Of a stretch of 64,000 bases of DNA, positions 57,285 through 64,000 are shown piece after piece (within the stretch, counting starts at the first letter, position 1; every line of letters starts with the position of its first letter). The notes under the pieces are model-generated. The model searched no databases, was not told the origin of the DNA, and was given only the letters and a program-made list of their open reading frames with translations. Source of the stretch: Fidelibacterota bacterium (GTDB lineage: Bacteria; Fidelibacterota; UBA2242). A program made the translations under genes and the position numbers. The DNA lies in the NCBI GenBank assembly GCA_049975265.1, contig JBNGDF010000008.1:32001-96000 (forward strand), read 5' to 3'.

Positions 57285-58427
57285 CTATGATTTGGGATTA
57301 AAAAGTGTTTTCGGGATTTGAGTCAGTCTGCAGAGCAGGTCAATTTCACCAGAGGCTACGATGAAATGGTCAGCCGTCGCCAACACTCCTGTCGTGAATA
57401 CAACGTTATCAATGTACGCCTGGTTTTGATATCCGCGGGTCAATTCCGGATTGGCTTGCAGAATAGGATGGTTATCATTGAGATAAAGGATGTTTTTGGG
57501 ATTGTCGGATTGAGCGATGGCGTAGAAGGTCCGATAGCAACCGATGGGACCGCATTTATCGACCCCGTGAAACAGAATCAACCAGCCATCCGGGGTTTTA
57601 ATCGGAGGCGCCCCGCCACCGAGTTTCAGGGACATCAGTGATCCGTTGCGGGCTCTAATGAATGGCTGATCGGTCGGCTTCCAATGAAGCAGGTCCGGTG
57701 ATTCGGCAAGATTGATCGAAGTGCCTGGCAGATAGAGGGAGTTAGCGGCAGCGGTAAAATAGAGTTCTCCCAGTGGACGGGTCAGAGCGTAGTATTTGCC
57801 GTTGATTTTTTCCGGAAAAAGGATCATGTCTTTATTCTGGTGATCCATGATGATTCCCAGCAGCCGGTAATCCAGACCGTTTTCAGAAACATATAACGTG
57901 GTGGAATGCCTTTCCGAGCTGACGGAACAGCAGGTCAGGTAGTAGCGATCACCAATTTTGGTAATCCGCGGGTCTTCGATTCCGTATTCCTGGTAACTGG
58001 CTTGCGGTTCGATAATTTTATCGTAGTGGATGGTAATGATCTTATGTCCATCGTGACTGAGCTCCACCGGCAGCAGCCAAGAGAAAGAGGTCAGACCGTA
58101 GACTTTCAGGTGGTCGTATTCAAGGAATCGGAATTTACGGGGATCGGTGGTATCGAGCTGATATGCCGGATGATCTTCAACAATGTATTTCTCTCCCGGT
58201 GACCAGCGGATATAGTAGAATTTGCCCTTTTTGATGGGTTCTTTGAGGGATTCGGCCACCCGCACCATGAGGAGCAGATTGCCGTTCGCGAGCCGGCACA
58301 GACCCGGATTGAAGGTACCAAGGATGTAGGTATTGAATCCGGTGGCGTTCCGAATCAGATAGTGGTGGGGGTCAATATTTTGCGGAGCGAAGGCGATATT
58401 ATCGTTTAAGTAGTTCATTTTATTCAT
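57285..58427 (-). CDS. Glycoside hydrolase family 130-like (mannoside phosphorylase/mannosidase)
   Basis: FNPG, GIEDPRIT, NKDMILFPEKINGKYYALTRP, SPDLLHW, GGGAPPIKTPDGWLILFHG, NVVF. Confidence 0.87.
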   Translation of the reverse strand: MNKMNYLNDNIAFAPQNIDPHHYLIRNATGFNTYILGTFNPGLCRLANGNLLLMVRVAESLKEPIKKGKFYYIRWSPGEKYIVEDHPAYQLDTTDPRKFRFLEYDHLKVYGLTSFSWLLPVELSHDGHKIITIHYDKIIEPQASYQEYGIEDPRITKIGDRYYLTCCSVSSERHSTTLYVSENGLDYRLLGIIMDHQNKDMILFPEKINGKYYALTRPLGELYFTAAANSLYLPGTSINLAESPDLLHWKPTDQPFIRARNGSLMSLKLGGGAPPIKTPDGWLILFHGVDKCGPIGCYRTFYAIAQSDNPKNILYLNDNHPILQANPELTRGYQNQAYIDNVVFTTGVLATADHFIVASGEIDLLCRLTQIPKTLFNPKS

Positions 58428-58494
58428 GTTACAAAGACCTGTTTTGGAGTTGGTAAGTTAGGAAATAATAGCGAGTAAACCAGAATAAAAAAGC

Positions 58495-58535
58495 TTGACA
58501 AAGAACCAATGATAAAATATATTAAAACGTTTCGA
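58495..58535 (+). promoter_or_regulatory. sigma70 promoter with adjacent LacI-type operator
   Basis: TTGACA(58495)-N17-TATATT(58518); CG-centred palindrome AAACGTTT at 58525-58532. Confidence 0.72.
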
Positions 58536-58553
58536 TAAAACAAATGAGAATTT

Positions 58554-59573
58554 GTGGCTGCTACGATTAAAGATATTGCAAAGAAAGCCGGCGTATCCAT
58601 CTCGACTGTGTCACTGGTGCTGAACCAGAAAGGGTATGTCGCCCCGGAAACGCGGAAAAAGGTTCAAAATGTCATCAATGAGCTGAATTATCGCCCCCTG
58701 CACTCTGCCCGAAAACTGGCGACTCAGATGACCGGCAACCTGGGTTTTATTCTTTGGGAAGGTCACTTTTCCGAAGTGGAAATGTTTTATAGCCAGGTAT
58801 TCTTGGGAATGGAATATGCAGCGCGCAAGCATGACCACTATATTCTTTTGACGACGGTAACAGAAGATTTTGATCCGAAGGAGAATCTGCCACGCTTTCT
58901 TCAATATAAAGACGTAGATGGGGTCGCTCTGGCAGGCAGAGTCCCGGAACCGCTGATCCGGTATCTGGATCATCAGCGGATTCCCTTTGTGCTGGTCGAT
59001 TATGAAATTCCCGGTGAAAACCACAATTGCATTAAAATCGATAATTACAACGGCACTTTCCGAGCGGTGGAATATTTAATCAAGTCGGGACGTGAACATA
59101 TCGCTTTTGTGGGTGGGACATTTTTTCATCCATCCATTAAGGAGCGCTATCGCGGTTACTGTGAGGCTCTGGAAAAACATGGTTTGAACGCAGACAGATC
59201 GGCTCAACTCAGTTATTGTGCCAATGTGGAAACCTCCCGTGCCATTGGCGAGAAAGGAGCCATGCAGTTGCTGGCGGAGCATCCGGAAATTGACGCGATT
59301 GTTTGCTGTAACGACACAACCGCGTTGGGGGTCATAAGCGGTGTTCAAAGGATGAAGAAAAGAATACCGGACGATGTCGCCGTATTTGGATTTGATGATA
59401 TTCCCACGGCGGAGTTCAATTCCCCTAAACTGTCCACGGTGCGGGTACCAAAACTGGAAATCGGCAAAGAGGCTTATAAACTCTTGTATGAGCTGGTGTA
59501 TCATCCCCGTATGGCTCCGCAATCGCGCATTATATCCGTTGAATTAGTGCCTAGAGAGAGTACGAGTAGCTAA
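58554..59573 (+). CDS. LacI-family transcriptional regulator
   Basis: TIKDIAKKAGVSISTVSLVLN, NDTTALG, FGFDDI, LSTV. Confidence 0.96.
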   Translation: MAATIKDIAKKAGVSISTVSLVLNQKGYVAPETRKKVQNVINELNYRPLHSARKLATQMTGNLGFILWEGHFSEVEMFYSQVFLGMEYAARKHDHYILLTTVTEDFDPKENLPRFLQYKDVDGVALAGRVPEPLIRYLDHQRIPFVLVDYEIPGENHNCIKIDNYNGTFRAVEYLIKSGREHIAFVGGTFFHPSIKERYRGYCEALEKHGLNADRSAQLSYCANVETSRAIGEKGAMQLLAEHPEIDAIVCCNDTTALGVISGVQRMKKRIPDDVAVFGFDDIPTAEFNSPKLSTVRVPKLEIGKEAYKLLYELVYHPRMAPQSRIISVELVPRESTSS

Positions 59574-59585
59574 AGACAGGCGAAT

Positions 59586-61541
59586 ATGATATTCAATCAA
59601 GATCATAATAAAAAACAATTTTTATTGGGGGTCAATTACTGGCCGGCTTCATCGGCGCTGAATATGTGGACGGAATGGAATCCTGACGAAATCCGGGTTG
59701 ATATCCGGCAAATGAGGGATTTGGGTATGAACTCCTGCCGTCTTTTTCTTTTCATGCCGGCATTTATGGATAATCCACAGGGAGTCAATCCCCTGATGAT
59801 GGAGCGGCTGCATCTTTTCCTGCAGGAATGTGAATCCCAAAAACTACAGACCCTGCCGACCTTCATTGTCGGGCACATGTCCGGGGAAGACTGGGATGTC
59901 GAGTGGTGCCGGGGAAAAAATTTCATTACCGATTCTGACGTGGTTGAGATTACGAAGTTATATATCCATTCGGTTGTAAAAGCGATTAAGTCGCATACTT
60001 GTATTGCAGGCTGGCTGCTGTCCAATGAGCTGCCGAATTTTATCGGCAGACAGAATCCCGGGGATGTGGAGCACTGGGTGCGGGAGATATGCGCCACTAT
60101 CCGAGCCGAGGACCAGGACCGTCCGGTCAGTGTCGGAGATGGTGCCTGGTCGCCGGAAATAATCGGTGAACAATCCGGTTTTATTCTTCGCAAGTTAAAT
60201 CAATACCAGGATTTTGTGGGATTACACTATTATCCCCGGGGAATGAACCCCTGGCAGCATGCCTACACTACTGCTTTTCGATTGCGTCTGGCGCGGGAAT
60301 GGGGACGACCGGTTATTGTCGAAGAGTTTGGAACTTCCACGACATTATGTTCTGAGCAAAACCAAGCCTGCTACTACCGCGAAGTTTTTTACAGTGCGCT
60401 GATGAATGGAGCGGAGGGTGTCTTAAGCTGGTGTCTGAACGATTTTGATTTTGAGAATAAACGTCCCTATTCGCATCATAGCTATGAAGAACATTTCGGG
60501 ATTGTGAGAACCGATAAATCCCGAAAACCTGCCGCTTTGGAATATGCACCTTTTGCGCAGGCAGTGCAGGAAATCGCGGAGGGGAGATACCAAAAAATCG
60601 AGCGTCCGGCAGGTCTGCTGATTCCTGCGAATTATTATTATGAATATCCCTATCAATTTCAACCGGAATTCAGAGAGTGGTACAGCCTCTACCTTGAGAC
60701 CTTTTCACTTTTAAAGCGTGGTAACATTGATGTAAAAATGGTTTATGAACCAGCCCAGGAATTGGAAAATGAAGGACGCTATTCCCATCCTCTGTCGCTG
60801 GATTCCGGAGAAATTCCCGTGCTGTTTGCGCCCCGGATGAAGGTGATGTCGAAACCGCTGCGGAGACAATTGGAGAAGTATGTTTATGACGGTGGTACAC
60901 TCTACTTCAGCTTTGCCAATGACAGCTGGGTATCGGACTGGCATCAACTGGCCGGGATTGAGATGGACTGCAAATTTGGCGTACCCGATTTTCCGGAGGG
61001 TGATTCTGTAACGATTCAGGTAAAAGATAGTTGGGGCGAGTTTCAGCAGGGGGAGAAATTCAGCATCCCACTGGCGAAGTCCAGCCCGGAATTTTCTTGC
61101 TGTCCGGTCATTACAAACCGGGCAGAAACAGTTATGTACGACGAGGCTTCTTCTCCTTTTCTGACAAAGCATTCCATCGGGAAGGGGACAGTCTATTTCT
61201 GTGCCTTTCCCGTGGAAATGCTGGCGCTGAAGGCTCCGCTGGGTAACTGGCAATATACCCTCAGCCGGATTTATCGGTCAATTTTTCAGAATGCGGGTAA
61301 GCCGGTTCTTTTTGAGATCAGTGGCGACGGGCTGGAGATGGGCATCTGGGCAAGGGACGATGGTTTTCTGGTTTATATATTCAATCATAGCTGGGAGCGG
61401 CAGAAAGGAACGTTAACAGTCAGGCTTTCGGACTGGGATATTCATCAGGCGTCCCTTTCTTATCGTCAGCTGAAAAGCCGTGTAATTGAATTTGCGCTGG
61501 ATCGGAAGAGTGTTTGTCATTTCACAATTATGAAACATTAA
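59586..61541 (+). CDS. Clan GH-A glycoside hydrolase (GH5-like, probable beta-mannosidase/mannanase) with C-terminal accessory domains, no signal peptide
   Basis: GVNYWP, acid/base SNE, HYY, nucleophile EEFG, WC..DF, FGIVR; specificity inferred from the neighbouring GH130. Confidence 0.8.
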   Translation: MIFNQDHNKKQFLLGVNYWPASSALNMWTEWNPDEIRVDIRQMRDLGMNSCRLFLFMPAFMDNPQGVNPLMMERLHLFLQECESQKLQTLPTFIVGHMSGEDWDVEWCRGKNFITDSDVVEITKLYIHSVVKAIKSHTCIAGWLLSNELPNFIGRQNPGDVEHWVREICATIRAEDQDRPVSVGDGAWSPEIIGEQSGFILRKLNQYQDFVGLHYYPRGMNPWQHAYTTAFRLRLAREWGRPVIVEEFGTSTTLCSEQNQACYYREVFYSALMNGAEGVLSWCLNDFDFENKRPYSHHSYEEHFGIVRTDKSRKPAALEYAPFAQAVQEIAEGRYQKIERPAGLLIPANYYYEYPYQFQPEFREWYSLYLETFSLLKRGNIDVKMVYEPAQELENEGRYSHPLSLDSGEIPVLFAPRMKVMSKPLRRQLEKYVYDGGTLYFSFANDSWVSDWHQLAGIEMDCKFGVPDFPEGDSVTIQVKDSWGEFQQGEKFSIPLAKSSPEFSCCPVITNRAETVMYDEASSPFLTKHSIGKGTVYFCAFPVEMLALKAPLGNWQYTLSRIYRSIFQNAGKPVLFEISGDGLEMGIWARDDGFLVYIFNHSWERQKGTLTVRLSDWDIHQASLSYRQLKSRVIEFALDRKSVCHFTIMKH

Positions 61542-61574
61542 ACGTGTTGTAGGAAAACACACAAAGGAGGAAAG

Positions 61575-64000
61575 ATGAAAAAAGTAACAGTGTTAATGGC
61601 GATGATTACCTTCGTTTTGTGCGGGACTGGTCTCGCGGGAAACATCATTGGTAATCCGGGTTTTGAGGACATCTCGCCGTCGTTCTGGGAGCCGTTGAAC
61701 GGGACTTTCGGGACGGAGTTGGGAGTCGGGACAGATACCGCCGTAAATGTGAACAGCGGCTTTCGTTCATTTATGATTACGAAGAGTGCTGCGTCGACTG
61801 ACATTGTCGGCTGGAAGTCCTGGGATAATGCCAATCTGTACTGGAACAATGCTGGTTCGGGGACATTTTCGATCAATGCCGCCATCAAGACGGTGGGTGT
61901 CAATACCAATCCGGCGGATGCGGATGCTCAGATCGGTGTTCTGTTTGAATTCCTGAATGCGTCCGGGACTGAACTGGCGTCGGCGACCCTGCTGGCGGAT
62001 CAGACTGTCGCCGACAAGGACTGGGAATCGCTGAGTGATGTGGTCATGTTGAGTGAAGCGCCGGAGCAGGTGTATGTGACGCTTTATATGGGCAAGAATG
62101 CCACGGGAACGGTCTATTTTGACAATGTTGATTGCAACACGGCGGACAGTTGGACCATGGGTGTATTCAACGGTGGTGCTGAGGATGTCGCCGGGTGGAT
62201 GGACTGGTATGGTGGTAACGGTAATTACACGTATGTGACGGACGAAGAGGCTCACAGCGGTGATTATTCGGTAGTGCTGTATCAGGATGATGATACCACC
62301 ACGAGTCAGAGTGAGTTGGTTTACTACTCACAGCCCTATCCGATTGAAGCGGGCGCATGGTACAAGATCGGTGTCTGGGTGAAGACCGAAGATGTCAATA
62401 CCACCGGCATGGGTGAATTTATCTATGCAACCGGTGATTATCATGATGGTGGGATCAACCTCTGCTTTTTCACGCACGGAGGCAATATTGAGACTGAATG
62501 GAGTGCCCAGGGTGATCGTTTCATCTATATCGATCAGCGGGACAGCACGACAGACTGGACTCACTATGAAGCCGTTCACAAAGCCAAAGACGATGCCACC
62601 GGTATTTCGGTACGGGCTCGCTTCAACAATTGGGTGACCGGGACTGCCTGGTTTGATGATTTCAGTGTTGAAAAGATCGTCGTTGATAGTGATAATGTTA
62701 TTGGTAATCCGGGTTTTGAGGACATCTCGCCGTCGTTCTGGGAGCCGTTGAACGGGACTTTCGGGACGGAGTTGGGAGTCGGGACAGATACCGCCGTAAA
62801 TGTGAACAGCGGCTTTCGTTCATTTATGATTACGAAGAGTGCTGCGTCGACTGACATTGTCGGCTGGAAGTCCTGGGATAATGCCAATCTGTACTGGAAC
62901 AATGCTGGTTCGGGGACATTTTCGATCAATGCCGCCATCAAGACGGTGGGTGTCAATACCAATCCGGCGGATGCGGATGCTCAGATCGGTGTTCTGTTTG
63001 AATTCCTGAATGCGTCCGGGACTGAACTGGCGTCGGCGACCCTGCTGGCGGATCAGACTGTCGCCGACAAGGACTGGGAATCGCTGAGTGATGTGGTCAT
63101 GTTGAGTGAAGCGCCGGAGCAGGTGTATGTGACGCTTTATATGGGCAAGAATGCCACGGGAACGGTCTATTTTGACAATGTTGATTGCAACACGGCGGAC
63201 AGTTGGACCATGGGTGTATTCAACGGTGGTGCTGAGGATGTCGCCGGGTGGATGGACTGGTATGGTGGTAACGGTAATTACACGTATGTGACGGACGAAG
63301 AGGCTCACAGCGGTGATTATTCGGTAGTGCTGTATCAGGATGATGATACCACCACGAGTCAGAGTGAGTTGGTTTACTACTCACAGCCCTATCCGATTGA
63401 AGCGGGCGCATGGTACAAGATCGGTGTCTGGGTGAAGACCGAAGATGTCAATACCACCGGCATGGGTGAATTTATCTATGCAACCGGTGATTATCATGAT
63501 GGTGGGATCAACCTCTGCTTTTTCACGCACGGAGGCAATATTGAGACTGAATGGAGTGCCCAGGGTGATCGTTTCATCTATATCGATCAGCGGGACAGCA
63601 CGACAGACTGGACTCACTATGAAGCCGTTCACAAAGCCAAAGACGATGCCACCGGTATTTCGGTACGGGCTCGCTTCAACAATTGGGTGACCGGGACTGC
63701 CTGGTTTGATGATTTCAGCGTTGTCAAAATGGCTGTGGCTCCTTCCGCCATTGAGCCGGAGAACCGTCAGACGGCTAAGCTACCCGAAAAGTTTGCCCTG
63801 AAGCAAAACTATCCGAATCCCTTCAATCCGGAGACGACGATTGAGTATGGTTTACCGAAACAGAGCCACGTGACATTGACGATTTACAATGTTCTCGGGC
63901 AGCAGGTCAGAATCCTGACCAATACGGTTCAGCATGCGGGCAATTATTCTATTGTCTGGGATGCAAAAAATGATCGTGGCGAGATGGTTCCGACCGGAAT
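61575..64000 (+). CDS. Secreted protein with duplicated CBM4/9-like module pairs and C-terminal sorting domain (3'-truncated; absent from ORF track)
   Basis: AAGGAGG RBS, MKKVTVLMAMITFVLCGTGLA signal, GNPGFE...VYFDNV and FNGGAE...AWFDDFSV modules present twice, then FALKQNYPNPFNPETTIEY...; frame open to window end. Confidence 0.9.
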   Translation, partial: MKKVTVLMAMITFVLCGTGLAGNIIGNPGFEDISPSFWEPLNGTFGTELGVGTDTAVNVNSGFRSFMITKSAASTDIVGWKSWDNANLYWNNAGSGTFSINAAIKTVGVNTNPADADAQIGVLFEFLNASGTELASATLLADQTVADKDWESLSDVVMLSEAPEQVYVTLYMGKNATGTVYFDNVDCNTADSWTMGVFNGGAEDVAGWMDWYGGNGNYTYVTDEEAHSGDYSVVLYQDDDTTTSQSELVYYSQPYPIEAGAWYKIGVWVKTEDVNTTGMGEFIYATGDYHDGGINLCFFTHGGNIETEWSAQGDRFIYIDQRDSTTDWTHYEAVHKAKDDATGISVRARFNNWVTGTAWFDDFSVEKIVVDSDNVIGNPGFEDISPSFWEPLNGTFGTELGVGTDTAVNVNSGFRSFMITKSAASTDIVGWKSWDNANLYWNNAGSGTFSINAAIKTVGVNTNPADADAQIGVLFEFLNASGTELASATLLADQTVADKDWESLSDVVMLSEAPEQVYVTLYMGKNATGTVYFDNVDCNTADSWTMGVFNGGAEDVAGWMDWYGGNGNYTYVTDEEAHSGDYSVVLYQDDDTTTSQSELVYYSQPYPIEAGAWYKIGVWVKTEDVNTTGMGEFIYATGDYHDGGINLCFFTHGGNIETEWSAQGDRFIYIDQRDSTTDWTHYEAVHKAKDDATGISVRARFNNWVTGTAWFDDFSVVKMAVAPSAIEPENRQTAKLPEKFALKQNYPNPFNPETTIEYGLPKQSHVTLTIYNVLGQQVRILTNTVQHAGNYSIVWDAKNDRGEMVPTG
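61647..63718 (+). repeat. Identical 1019-bp direct repeat (61647-62665 and 62700-63718, period 1053 bp = 351 codons)
   Basis: Sequences match by eye; identical shadow ORFs at 61767/62820, 62167/63220, 62328/63381, 62392/63445. Confidence 0.93.

Noticed and set aside
30271..63718. Exact long repeats as CRISPR, IS ends or diversity-generating retroelement TR/VR pairs
   Set aside because: Both are in-frame coding duplications with no spacers, no adenine-specific mismatches, and no reverse transcriptase, transposase or cas gene in the window
1..64000. rRNA, tRNA, prophage or integrase genes
   Set aside because: None recognised; intergenic gaps are short and show no cloverleaf or rRNA signatures by eye

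Overview
A ~52% GC bacterial chromosome segment with canonical AGGAG ribosome-binding sites and sigma70-like promoters. It is probably from an anaerobic, non-Bacteroidia member of the FCB group such as KSB1, Marinimicrobia or Calditrichota; this is inferred from QNYPNPFNP-type C-terminal sorting domains, a non-SusC TonB receptor and a PorV-family barrel. (1) 1-9.3 kb: end of a Na+-NQR operon (nqrF, CBS protein, an unannotated NqrM-like peptide), EtfBA plus an FAD-linked 2-hydroxyacid dehydrogenase, a D-2-hydroxyacid dehydrogenase, and a corrinoid protein/MtaA-type methyltransferase pair divergent from an AraC regulator. (2) 9.4-54.9 kb: a ~45 kb co-oriented pectin/hexuronate utilisation locus. 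It encodes a FadR-type regulator, eda, kdgK, uxaE, a hybrid two-component system, 2x PL1, PL10, CE8, GH28, GH105, GH43 and non-catalytic secreted repeat proteins. Uptake appears to use a SusD-less cassette (TonB receptor + variant-CTD protein + PorV-like barrel) and a TRAP transporter. Catabolic genes include kduI/kduD, uxaC, an uxuB-type SDR, gnd, a plant-type glucuronokinase-like kinase with GalU, and a LarA-family nickel-pincer epimerase. (3) 54.9-55.3 kb: a decayed yefM/yoeB toxin-antitoxin pair missed by the ORF track. (4) 55.4-64 kb: start of a second, probably mannoside/mannan, locus (ABC ATPase, GH130, LacI, GH5-like enzyme, and a secreted CBM-like protein with an exact ~1 kb internal duplication that runs off the window). 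No rRNA, tRNA, CRISPR array or transposase was recognised. All family calls come from motif recognition by eye, not from database searches.
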